From positions 24,676,001-24,740,000 of the forward strand of contig NC_043022.1 in NCBI RefSeq assembly GCF_006345805.1: DNA of 64,000 nt, in the 5' to 3' direction. The DNA is from Octopus sinensis (taxonomy: Eukaryota). Shown here piece by piece: positions 52,355-64,000 of the stretch; the stretch's first letter is position 1, and every line of letters starts with the position of its first letter. The notes under the pieces were generated by a model that made no database searches, was not told the origin of the DNA, and worked only from the letters and a program-made list of their open reading frames with translations. A program made the translations under genes and the position numbers.

Positions 52355-52572
52355 TTGTTTTCTACTCTAGGCACAAGGCTCGAAATTTTGGGGGAGGGGG
52401 CCAGTCGATTAGATCGACCCCAGTATGCAACTGGTACTTAATTTATTGACCACCAAAAGGATGAAAGGTAAAGTTGACCTCTGCAGAATTTGAACTCAGA
52501 ATGTAAAGACAGACGAAATACCTGTTTCTTTACTACACAGAGGGGACAAACAAGGACAGACAAACGGATTAA
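52355..52572 (-). mobile_element. Composite of a SINE B 3' end joined to a head-truncated SINE B'; followed by the 3' part of a SINE A (52573-52718, plus)
   Basis: Minus strand reads TTTGTCTGTCCTTGTTTGTCCCCTCTGTG..GTAAAGAAACA|GGTATTTCGTCTG..GAGTTCAAATTC..body..CCTTGTGCCTAG. Confidence 0.85.
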
Positions 52573-53073
52573 GTAACTTAGTGGTTCGGCGAAAGAGAAC
52601 CGGCAGAATAAGTACTAGGCTTACAAAGAATAAATCCTGTGGTCGATTTGCTCGACTAAAGACGGTGCTCCAGCATGGCCACAGTCAAATGACTGAAACA
52701 AGTAAAAGAGTAAAGAGTAATTGGAGCCAGGACAGCTCCTATCAAACAGTCCAACGCAGGTGAGCATGGAAAAACAGATGTTAAACAATGATGATGATGA
52801 GACACACATATGCATACAAGTGTTCCTGGTGAACCATTGACTACCATGCAAGCGTGAATATCACAATCCTTCAGACACTAACATTTGCACAATTCATTAG
52901 AACTGATGTTTCAATGGAGCAGGAAGACTTTTCTTAATGACAACAAGTTGACTTTGACATGTCATGACAAACTTATGCAAATAGGTTAAAGAGTACACAA
53001 ATCTCGTCTTGGTTAACCACACAATCACTGCAGACAAAGTATTACCTATATAATTTCAGTATTTTATAGACAA

Positions 53074-53441
53074 CTAGCAGTATCGCCCGGCGTTGCTCGG
53101 GTTTGTAAGGGAAATAACTATAAACCATTTTTAGAGAGTTATAGCCCAAAATGGGAAAAAAATGATGGTAAATTTTTTTTTAGTTAAAAAGGTCGAGTTG
53201 CGTCCCCTAGACAGTCTGTGGTTTGTGTTTCTGATTCTCACCCCATGTCGAATTTATCGATTTTTTCAGAACTGGGGGAACTTTTCAAAATTTTCGCTGC
53301 GTTAGTTTTGAATTATGACATTGGGCTATGTGTGTGTCAAGTTTCATCAGAATCGGTTGAAAGCCGTGGTCAGGGTGAGGGTACAACCTGACAGACACAC
53401 AGAAACACACACAGACAAACTGCCGTTTATATATAGAGAGA
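53074..53441 (-). mobile_element. Non-autonomous Helitron
   Basis: Minus strand: A|TCTCTCTATATATAAACGGCAG ... hairpin CCCGAGCAACGCCGGG, then CGATACTG, CTAG|T. Gives canonical TC...CTAG termini at an A|T site. Confidence 0.88.
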
Positions 53442-53461
53442 TTTTATACTCCCACGTTTAA

Positions 53462-53682
53462 CCCTTTAGCATTTAAACCGGCCATATCCGGCCAGATGTA
53501 TTCTGCCTGTTTTATGTTCAAACTGGCCAGATCTGATCTCTCACACCAACCCTACAATATTGTTTTAAAAATTAACAGCTACCTCATCAAAATCTCATAG
53601 CTACAAGATAATGCATGATTAGTTCAAAACGATTTGGATAAAAACGGATTAATTTTGGCAGAATAATGCGAACACTAAAGGG
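53462..53682. mobile_element. piggyBac-type MITE family F, intact
   Basis: TTAA|CCCTTTAG ... CTAAAGGG|TTAA; 221 bp. Confidence 0.93.
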
Positions 53683-54499
53683 TTAAGTTACCAAACACAA
53701 AGAGAAAATGTTACATACCTCTGATATTAAGGAATTCACAGAAAATGAAACATCTACCCATTCCAATGTTTAGTGGATCAGTACATTAGTGTGTGATGGG
53801 TGGGGGGTTAATGAAATAATATTCTGAAATAAGGACCTGCTTTCAGTAAGTGACCCCAAGAAATGACTGGTTGCCTTAAAAAGAGAACCTTGTACATGTG
53901 CTTCTGTGTAGTAATGAAGGGAAAGAGAGACATGTAGATGCCTACATATGTGTCTGTGTATTCACATATATGTGTATGTATGCCTATATATGGATGTGTG
54001 TATGGGTGTGTGTATGTGAGCACACACACATACATATGCACACCTATACATAAATATATTAACATATAAACAAAACCAAATATATGAACACTAATATAAA
54101 ACAGACACACATGACTAACCATGCAGAGAGAGAGAGAGAGAGCAACGTAGAGTGAGAGAGAAAGAGAGAGAGAGACAAGGGGGGAGGCTAAGTGAGGTAT
54201 GGCTGCTTTAAACAGACAAGAAACAACAGAACATCACCATCAAATAAAATAACAAAAAAACTCCCACCTCATAGTCACTTAAAGCACACACACACACATA
54301 CACACACAAAGGTATTGATCTCCCAAACTCACAAAAGTGAAATATTTCGTGTCATTTGATTGATTTTTCAGTCTTTATTGCCAACGGATTTTATCGACCA
54401 AAGAGATTAAACAATGTTGATTTGCTACTAGCAGTGATGGTGGTGGAGATGATGATTATGATGATGATGATGATAATGGTAGTAGTATTAGCTGTTGTT

Positions 54500-54935
54500 G
54501 TTGTTGTTTAGCCCCAGGACAGTCCTGATCAAGCAAACCTATGATTAAAGACATTTCATTTCAGATCATCCATCTACATTTATCTTTCAGACACAGTGTA
54601 CCTAGGACTACATAATTCAATAGATCCTACCCCTTTCTTCAAAGATAGTAGGGTGTGATTTGAGGGAAATTTGCTAACTATTTCTAACATTGATTAACCA
54701 TGTAGAGACTTTAGCTTATGGAACCGGTTGTGGCTGTTGTTTAGCTCCAGTTTAGTCCTTAACAAGTAAACCTACGACCAAAAGCATTCCAACCATGACC
54801 GTAGAATTAAAATTTTTTTGTATTGACCACAGTATCCAATGTGTCTTTCCTGTTTCTAAAACAGTAGGATGTGATTTATGGGAAATTTGGCTGTTATTTC
54901 TAAAAGATCAAGTCATTTCATAGAGGCTCCCTTAC
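54500..54935 (-). mobile_element. Two tandem family E copies; first has an (AAC)n tail on minus
   Basis: TTTAGC(C/T)CCAG..CC..A(C/T)GA(T/C)(T/C)AAAG and GGGAAATTTG(C/G)..ATTTCTA appear twice (~54505, ~54735). Confidence 0.7.
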
Positions 54936-55029
54936 TAGCTCATATTACACATCTCACAGTTAGGAGATGGAGACATCACGCAACTAAGAGTTAGCAGAAA
55001 TCATTAAAACACTGGAGAAAATGTCTTGC

Positions 55030-56005
55030 AGTAAGTATTTGCTTCAACTCTTTACATTCTGAGTTCAAATCCTACCAAGCTTCACTCTGCCTTTCATGCC
55101 ACTCAGATTAATAAAATAAGTACCAGCCAACAATTTTAAGGCAGAGGTTAGTTTATAATATGAACTAATCACCTGACTTAAAACAGACTTGTATCTAAAT
55201 TGGCAATCATTATCATGATCATCATTATTATTTGTTATCACAGCTGACAAAATGTTTAGTGGTATTTTGTCTGGCAGCGAGCTGGCAGAAACGCTAGCAT
55301 GCTGGGCAAAATGCGTAGCCGTATTTCGTCTGCCGTTACGTTGTGAGTTCAAATTCCGCCGAGGTCGACTTTGCCTTCCATCCTTTCGGGGTCGATTAAA
55401 TAAGTACCAGTTACGTACTGGGGTTGATCTAATCAACTTATTTGTCCCCTTGTGAGTAATAAAGAAATAGGTATTTCATCTGGCTATTTTATGTTCTGAG
55501 TTCAAATAACACTGATGTCAACTTTGCCTATCTTCCTTTTGGGGGTTGATAAAGTAGCAGTTAATCACTGGTGTCGATGTAATTGACTAGTCCCCTCCAG
55601 CAAAATTTCAGGCTGTGCGCCTAAAATAGAAAGGGCTGTTATTATTATTATTACTATTATTTGTTACTACACCGGACAAAATGCTTAGTGACATTTCATC
55701 AGGATCTTTATATTCTGAGTTCAGATGCCACCAAGGTTGACTTTACCTATTATCCTTTTGAGATTGATAAAGTGAACATCAGTTGAACACTGAGGTCAAT
55801 GAAATCGACTTCCTCTTCACCGCAAAACTGCTGGCATTGTGCCAAAATTAGATTATTTCCGCCAAGGCCAACTTTGCCTTTCATCTTTTCAGGGTTGATA
55901 AATTAAGTACCAGTGAAATACAGGGATCAATGCAATCAACTAGTCCCCCTCCCCATGAATTTCAGGTCTCGTGCCTATAGTAGAAAGGATTATTATTGTT
56001 ATTAT
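55030..56005 (+). mobile_element. Cluster of five same-strand SINE B/B' units, including a young B (55275-55469) nested in a B' head
   Basis: Repeated TTCTGAGTTCAAAT / ACTTTGCC..ATC.TTT..GGG.TTGAT.AA bodies; TSD-like GGTATTT(T/C)(G/A)TCTGG at 55261-55274 and 55470-55483. Confidence 0.85.
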
Positions 56006-56258
56006 TTCTAACAATGGCTCAAATGTTGAGAGGAGTCAGTCAATTATATTGATTACCCCTCCCCATCAATACTTAATTGAACGACAACCAACCATAGAAC
56101 GATTTTGAAATCAGAACATGAAGCGACATGACTTAAAACTACAAGGTGTTACTTCAGCTAAATACAGATTATGCCAATCTACCAATCATAATCATACTAA
56201 TCAATAAAATTAGCAAATTATTATTGGATGATAAGGATTATAAATAAAATTGTACATA

Positions 56259-56658
56259 GGCGCAGGAGTGGCTGTGTGGTAAGTAGCTTGCTTACCAACC
56301 ACATGGTTTCGGGTTCAGTCCTACTGCGTGGCACCTCGGGCAAGTGTCTTCTACTATAGCCTCGGGCCGACCAAAGCCTTGTGAGTGGATTTGGTAGACG
56401 GAAACTGAAAGAAGCCTGTCGTATATATATGTGTGTGTGTGTTTGTGTGTCTGTGTTTGTCCCCCTAGGATTGCTTGACAACTGATGCTGGTGTGTTTAT
56501 GTCCCCATCACTTAGCGGTTCGGCAAAAGAGAGCGATAGAATAAGTACTGGGCTTACAAAGAATAAGTCCCGGGATCGATTTGCTCGCTTAAAGGCGGTG
56601 CTCCAGCATGGCCGCAGTCAAATGACTGAAACAAGTAAAAGAGTAAAAAGAGTAAAAG
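56259..56658 (+). mobile_element. SINE family A, full length, young
   Basis: A/B boxes, internal tract and (AAAAGAGT)n tail. Confidence 0.95.
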
Positions 56659-56977
56659 AAGAGATGCTGTTTCTACCACAATCACATTAGCCCCAAATGG
56701 TAGGCAAACAGAATTATTGATATTGAATATATTTACTTACACACCCTACTTAAAATCTAGAAAATCTGGATTGCATATGATGCCTAGCCCTCAAATACAA
56801 GTGTGTGTGTATGTGTGTATACATGCACTCAAGAATAGGTAAGTTCAGTCCCACTGTGTGATACCTTGGACATCTATCTTCTAGAATAGCCTTGTGAGTG
56901 GATTTCGTAGATAGAAACAGAAAGAAGCTTGTTGTGTGTGTGTGTTCATATTCTCTTGTTTTGGCATTGCATACTAA

Positions 56978-57299
56978 TCTCTATATATATAAATGGCAAA
57001 ATGTCTGTGTGTGTGTCCTTTATACAAATCCACAATTTTTCAATTAGAGAGCTTGCACTTTCTATGGTCATTCAAAACCGTCCAAGGGTGGTCGTGCACA
57101 TCTTTACATTTCTCTAGTCACCCTGCAAAGCCATTAAAACATCAATAAGTGACTTTTTTGTGACTTTTCTATCCAAAACCCAATCAAAATGCCTGAGACT
57201 TGATACGCCAATTGAACACCAGCTAGCTGTATGTGATTGGTCGGAGATTTGGACAGTACTCGCGTGTATGTGCGCACGCACGCAGCTGCATAGTGCTAG
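56978..57299 (+). mobile_element. Non-autonomous Helitron, second family
   Basis: A|TCTCTATATATATAAATGGCAAAATGTCTGTGTG ... GC-rich palindromes (GTGCGCAC, GCAGCTGC), then ATAGTG, CTAG|T. Confidence 0.75.
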
Positions 57300-57632
57300 T
57301 GTGTGTATACATATATAGATATATATGATAGGTCGTTAGCCACTACACACATTTTTTTCTCTCCTTGTTGCAAATAAATGTCACTCTTATGTGAGCAATG
57401 TTGTTTGTTTGCTATTTTCCATGAAAATATGTCTGACCATTGGGTTGTTCATATTTGAAGGATTACTGAAAATATTACCCCATTTGTTAACAGGTGGAGG
57501 TTGACAATTGAAAGGCAACCGACCATGAAAAATCTGCTTCAACAAATTTTGTCTGATTCATGTAAGCATAGAAAAGCAGGTGTTAAAGCAATTATGAAGA
57601 CATATACACACATACACACACATACATTATAT

Positions 57633-57885
57633 GGCCTCCGTGCCGGTGGCACGTAAAAAGCACCATCCGATTGTGGCCGTTTGCCAGCCTCATCTGGCAC
57701 GTAAAAAGCACCCACTACACTCACGGAGTGATTGGCGTTAGGAAGGGCATCCAGCCGTAGAAACATTGCCAGATCAGACTGGAGCCTGGTGCAGCCTCCT
57801 GGCTTCCCAGACCCCAGTTGAACCGTCCAACCCATGCTAGCATGGAAAGCGGACGCTAAACAGTGATGATGATGATGATGATGAT
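57633..57885 (+). mobile_element. Family C, young
   Basis: Two GGCACGTAAAAAGCACC modules, TTAGGAAGGGCATCCAGCCGTAGAAAC, CCAACCCATGCTAGCATGGAAAGCGGACG, (GAT)n tail. Confidence 0.92.
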
Positions 57886-57897
57886 TATATATATGTG

Positions 57898-58680
57898 CTG
57901 GCATGGTGGTGTGATAAGAAGTTTGCTTCCCAATGACACGATTTCAGATTCAGCACATTACGTGGCACCTTGGGCAAGTGGCTTCTACTACAGCCCGGAT
58001 CCAACCAAAGCCTTATGAGAGGATTTGGTAGATGGAAATTGAAAGAAGCCCATATATGAATGTGTATGTCTGTGTATGGCTCTTTATGTTTGCCCCCACC
58101 ATCACTTGACAACTGGTGTTGGTTTATTTACATCACTGTAACTTAGAAATTTGGCAAAAGTGAACAATAGGATAAGTACTGGATTTTTAAAAAATACTGT
58201 GATCAAATTGTTCAACTAAAACCTCCAAACAGTGCCCCAGTATGGCAAGAAGCATGCTTCCCAATCACATAGTTCCAGGTTCAGTCCCACTGCGTGACAC
58301 CTTGGGCAAGTGTCTTCTACTCTAGCTTCAGGCTGACCAAAGCCTTGTGGAGTGGATTTGGTAGACAGAAGCTGAAAGAAGCCCGTCATATATGTATGTA
58401 TGTGCATGTGCCTGTCTTTGTCCCCCACCACTGTTTAACAACTGGTGTTAGTGTGTTTACATCCCCATAAATTGGTGGTTAGGCAAAATAAAATTTAAAA
58501 AACTGATACAATAAGTACCAAGCTTAAACAAAATAAAAAGCCCTGGGGTCAATTCATTCAACAAAAAATTCTTCGAGGCAGTGCCCCAGCGTGGCCACAG
58601 TCTCATGACTAAAACAAGTAAATGATAAAAGATAAAGATGTGTGTGTGTGTGAATGAAAAGCAAGAGAAATACACATACA

Positions 58681-58720
<40 letters not shown>

Positions 58721-58770
58721 GGTGCTCCAGCATGGCCACAGCTCGTGAGCTGAAACTAGATAAAGATAAA
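57898..58770 (+). mobile_element. Two to three stacked SINE family A copies of differing divergence
   Basis: Repeated GGCACCTTGGGCAAGTG / AAAGCCTT.TG.G.GGATTTGGTAGA bodies (~57960, ~58300) and a lone 3' end at ~58715. Confidence 0.82.
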
Positions 58771-59115
58771 TATATATATATATATACCATTATATATATA
58801 TATATATATACACCATTTACTTTCGGTACATACTCAAAAACATTTACTTTGTCATATTACATAACAATTATATTTGTATTCACACTATATCAGACAGAAA
58901 ATTACACATACACACACATTATTAGTTTCTGTGTCTCATTTATCAAAACTATCATGTTTACTAAATCATAAATCCAATGTATATTTTTACTCTGGCTCTC
59001 ATATTCAGTCTACCAGACATATTTATATTTACCACATCTCATAAGCTGACAAGAAAATATTCCACTAGTCAGGTAAGATCAATATCAACTGGTTATCATG
59101 TTTAATGATAGGCTA

Positions 59116-59160
<45 letters not shown>

Positions 59161-59599
59161 GAATACATTTACATACATACATAGATATGTATTATGCTAT
59201 ATATCATGAATGTACAATATCTTACAGACAATATGAAATACAGAGATACAGAGAGATAAGAAGTTACACAAAATCTTATACACACACACACACACACGTA
59301 TTTAAAGATATATATTTATTTATTATATCACCTATATGTCAGGTTTATGATATCATCTTTCACAGATACAAAATTTTACATATGTTTGTGTCTGTGTTTA
59401 AATTTCATCACATTATGTTCTGGAGACTAAGCAGTATATTAAAAAGGAATCGAGAAAATAAGAACCAGATTAAAATAAACAAGGGCTGACGTGAATGTGT
59501 CCCAACATGGCCTCAGTGCAATGACTTGCTTCCCAACCACATGGTTCTAGTTTCAATCCCACTGCCTAGAACCTTGAGCAAGTGTCTTCTACTGTAGCC

Positions 59600-59920
59600 A
59601 ATAAGTTACACGGATGAGGCAAGTGAAAATCAAAATCGATCAACATCAATGGAATTTGTAGTTGTGATACCAGTGCCGGTGGCACGTAAAAAGCACCATC
59701 TGAGCGTGGCCATTCGCCAGCCTCGTCTGGCACCTGTGTCGGTGGCACGTAAAAAGCACCCACTACACTCACGGAGTGGTTGGCGTTAGGAAGGGCATCC
59801 AGCTGTAGAAACACTGCTAGATCTGACTGGCCTGGTACAGCCTTCGGGCCTCCCAGACCCTAGTTGAACCGTCCAACCCATGCTAGCATGGAAAGCGGAC
59901 GTTAAACGATGATGATGATG
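59600..59920 (+). mobile_element. Family C, young, longer 5' end
   Basis: Same modules and tail as the 57633 copy. Confidence 0.92.
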
Positions 59921-59937
59921 GTGGGGTACAAACACAG

Positions 59938-59981
<44 letters not shown>

Positions 59982-60420
59982 TGTGTGTGTGTGTGTGTGT
60001 GTGGTGGCCTTCTTTCAGTATCCATCTACTAAATACATTCACAAGGTTTTAGTTGGACTGAAGCTATAGTAGAAAACACTTTCTCAAGGTGTCATGCAAT
60101 GGGACTGAACCTGGAACCATATGGGTGGGAAGCCATGCCTGTGCCACATCTGTCTACATACACACACACACACACACACACACCACACACACACACACAT
60201 AAATATACATACACACACATATATACACTCAACCAGCCAGCTTGAAAGAACAGGAGACACTGTTGTAGTGGCAAAAAGCTTAGAGAGGAAGCAGCACATC
60301 TGTAGGCCAGATGCATGTTTTTGTAAGTGATTTCTTCATTCAAGTACTTTCCTTTGCACCTGGCTTAGGATACTTGAATGTGGATAATAGCACTACTGTA
60401 TACATATATATATATATATA

Positions 60421-60698
60421 TCATCATCATCATCATTTAACGTCTGTTTTCCATGCTAGCATGGGTTGGACGATTTGACTGAGGACTGGTGAACCAGATG
60501 GCTGCACCAGGCTCCAATCTGATCTGGCGGAGTTTCTACAGCTGGATGCCCTTCCTAACGCCAACCACTCCGAGAGTGAAGTGGGTGCTTTTATGTGCCA
60601 GTCAGGCGGTACTGGCAACAGCCATGCTCAAGTGGTGTTTTTGATGTGGCACCTGCACAGGAGCCAGTCCAGCGGCACTGGCAACGACCTCACTCGAA

Positions 60699-60700
<2 letters not shown>
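60421..60700 (-). mobile_element. Family C
   Basis: (CAT)n then TTAACGTCTGTTTTCCATGCTAGCATGGGTTGGAC...GGATGCCCTTCCTAACGCCAACCACTCC. Confidence 0.9.
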
Positions 60701-60787
<87 letters not shown>

Positions 60788-61139
60788 ATACACACACACA
60801 CACATATATACACCTATCAAAATAGGAGATTGGAAAAGTGTTTGATATTATTTATTCACCGTTACAAATGTTTCGTTTGCCAATAGGAGTTACAAAATTA
60901 TACATGTAGTAGAAAATCTATAAGATATATCCTATATTTCTCTATGTGTGTGGAGCACTCAGCCACTTGCACATTAACTTCACAAGCAAGCTTTTCCATT
61001 GATCAGATCAACTGAAACCCCATCATCATAACTGATAGAGTGCCAGTACCCCTATATAGATGTATAATATATATCATTCATACACACGCTATATATATAT
61101 GTATATAATATATATATATAATACATACACACCACACAT

Positions 61140-61600
61140 ACATATTATACATACACACATACTACATATATTATACATATGCATACACACATACTACATA
61201 TATTATACATATATACATAAACACATACTACATATATCATATATATGCATACACACATACTACATATATTATACATATACATATACACACATACTACATA
61301 TATTATACATATACATACACACATACTACATATATTATACATATACATACACACATACTACATATATTATACATATAGATACACACATACTACATATATT
61401 ATACACACATACTACATATACATACACACACATATACATATACATACACACACATACTACATATATTATACATATAGATACACACATACTGCATATATTA
61501 TACATATACATACACACACATACTACATATACATACACACACATACTACATATATTATACATATACATATACACACACTACATATATTATACATTCTATG
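61140..61600. repeat. ~32-bp minisatellite ACACACATACTACATATATTATACATATACAT, about a dozen full and partial units
   Basis: Unit recurs with small indels. Confidence 0.9.
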
Positions 61601-62634
61601 TATATTATATATACAAACAAACACACACTATAAATATATATATATATAGATACAATATTTATAATATACACAATAAATATATATACACATACACACATAA
61701 ATACATAAAACACAAAGTAACCTAATTATATATATTTACCAACAAACTACAATATACTACAATGAATCAAAACAGTTTATTTTATTTCTTTTCGGTTGTG
61801 AGACTCAGGAATCTACTTAGAATTCATTACAATAACAAAGTCGTTTGGATGGGGGTCTATTCATTTTTTCAAATACCATACTTGTTTAGAATGGGGAGAG
61901 AGAGAGGGGGGGATTGTGTGTGCGATGGTTGTTTTGTATGGAAATAAATGAGAAGGAAAGAAAAAAACAGTAATACCACTGTCTCTCTGCCAAACATCTA
62001 TATATCTGCCTTTAGTTTTAACAGGAAATCAAGCTTACACACACAACCGAATCAGACTCACACACTCTTCTCTCTCATACACACACACACAGACAATGTG
62101 TGTCTATATAATTTTTTTTTAAGTAAGGTAGGAGGTTGACTCCATTGAAAAACATCATCATCACCATTATTGTTGTTGGTATTATTTTTATTTATTGTTA
62201 TCGTTATTAACTAATCGCATTAGTATGACTGTTTTGTAAAGGTAATAATAATAATAATCCAAATACAAACATCCATACTAACACACACGTACACACTCAG
62301 GCATGTTTAAGAAATAGACACCTTTTGTATTTATACATACATACATAATACAAATCTGTATATCTGAGCGTGCATGTGTTTTATTTATACACACCCACAC
62401 GTGTGTGTGTATGTGAGTTGGGTGGGTGTTAGCGCAATAAGCAGTTAATATTTCCAGTTCAGGTGCACTCCTTTACGGGTGAATCAACCTTGTTGCTTTT
62501 TGTTTTCAGGGTATGACATTCAGGTCCCCAGCCTCCCCCACAGAATAATCTGGAAAGTTAGCTGTTGGCAGGATTTGTAGCTGGGCCCCTGATTAAATTA
62601 TAATTGAATGTAGATGAGAGACAAGCAGGTAAAC

Positions 62635-62668
62635 AGAAAGACAGACAGACAGACAGACAGACATACAT

Positions 62669-62709
<41 letters not shown>

Positions 62710-62772
62710 GACAGAGTTAGAGAGAGACAGACAGACAGAGACAGATAGATAGAGACAGACAGACAGACAGAC

Positions 62773-62814
<42 letters not shown>

Positions 62815-62821
62815 GATGGAT

Positions 62822-62862
<41 letters not shown>

Positions 62863-62865
62863 GGC

Positions 62866-62908
<43 letters not shown>

Positions 62909-62972
62909 GATAGATAGACAGGTATGTAGGTAGGTAGGTAGATAGGTAGGTAGGTAGATAGATAAGATGGAT

Positions 62973-63026
<54 letters not shown>

Positions 63027-63152
63027 TAGATAGATAGATAGATAGATAGATAATTAGATAGATAGATAATAGATAGATAGATAGATAGATCGATAGATAG
63101 ATAGATAGATAGATAGATATCATCATAGATAGATAGATAGATAGATAGATAG

Positions 63153-63217
<65 letters not shown>

Positions 63218-63346
63218 GGCTAGATAGATAGATAGATATATAGATAGATAGATAGATGGCTAGATAGATAGATAGATAGATAGATGATAGATAGATAGAT
63301 AGATAGATAGATAGAGATAGATATATAGATAGATAGATAGATAGAT

Positions 63347-63387
<41 letters not shown>

Positions 63388-63545
63388 GATAGATAGATAG
63401 ATAGATAGATAGATCGATAGACTGACAAATAGAGAGACAGATAGATAAATAAAACAAGACATAGATTGATTAGAGATGTAGAGATAGCTAAATAGACAGA
63501 TATAGAGATAACTAGATAGAGACAAACAAACAGATATAACACAAC
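62635..63545. repeat. ~0.9-kb (GATA)n/(GACA)n tetranucleotide array (Bkm-like)
   Basis: Read directly; source of the IYLS ORFs. Confidence 0.97.
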
Positions 63546-64000
63546 AGATATTCACAGTTAGACAGACAAGTGAAAGAGAGATAAAGATCGACAGCTAGAT
63601 AAGCAGACAGATGGTTGGTTACAGAGCAGAAATAAAGAAGAGGCTTGATTGATAGTCTATGTCTATATTGATTTAAGTCAGCCCAGCGATAGTCCACCAT
63701 TGGATGGTAGTGGTTGGTGAAAGCTATTCACTATATTTAATCGCTGGCTGGCTGGCTGGTTAGTTAGTTGGACGTGCTTAGCTAGCTGTGCTGTGTGCGT
63801 GTAAAAGGGAAAAAAGACTAGCTGCTCTCTAACTGAAAAAGCAAAGGGGCCTCAATAATAAAAATGACACAGCTTTCACAGGTCGCAGGCTCCAACACTA
63901 TGCCACTCCACTCCAGCAAACTTCATCACACAATAAATTTAAGCGGTGGTGGTAGGAGTAGATTGCGAGAAAGAGAGGCGGAGGCAGGGAGGAAATAGGA

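Noticed and set aside
59009-59072. Candidate 64-nt plus exon with CAG|GTAAGA donor
   Set aside because: Only one open frame (LPDIFIFTTSHKLTRKYSTSQ), with no homology recognised; could be a non-coding exon but cannot be supported without RNA-seq.
61140-61600. Regularly spaced repeats that might suggest a CRISPR array
   Set aside because: Units are contiguous tandem copies without unique spacers, the context is eukaryotic, and there are no cas genes.

Overview
AT-rich eukaryotic non-coding DNA, most consistent with an octopus (coleoid cephalopod) genome. The basis for that call is the dense tRNA-derived SINE families with internal TA/TG tracts, the extreme microsatellite load and the RTE-type LINE remnants; it is inferred from repeat content and was not searched. 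I could not support any host protein-coding exon, tRNA, rRNA or CRISPR array, so the window reads as a large intron or gene desert. Almost every ORF in the supplied track is a translated microsatellite or SINE. Real coding signal is confined to transposon fossils: an internally deleted Tc1/mariner element with both TIRs (1.1-1.7 kb), several distinct RTE-clade LINE 3' ends (8.7, 17.1, 25.4, 32.9 kb, weaker at 20.8 and 38.2 kb), an L1/Tx1-like zinc-knuckle remnant (46.8 kb) and an R4/Dong-like 3' end at a (TAA)n tract (49.7 kb). Non-autonomous elements include at least five SINE-like families (local labels A, B/B', C, E, K), about nine ~220-bp TTAA piggyBac-type MITEs, one hAT MITE and two Helitrons. 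The most interesting observations are: the same SINE-into-SINE junction at two loci, two RTE copies truncated at nearly the same point, closely spaced inverted SINE pairs (candidate dsRNA/ADAR substrates), a 22-bp-phased array of paired E-boxes, and a 17-bp palindrome of POU-type sites in unique sequence. All coordinates were read by eye, and repeat edges may be off by 5-20 bp. I did not find a convincing novel multi-gene system.
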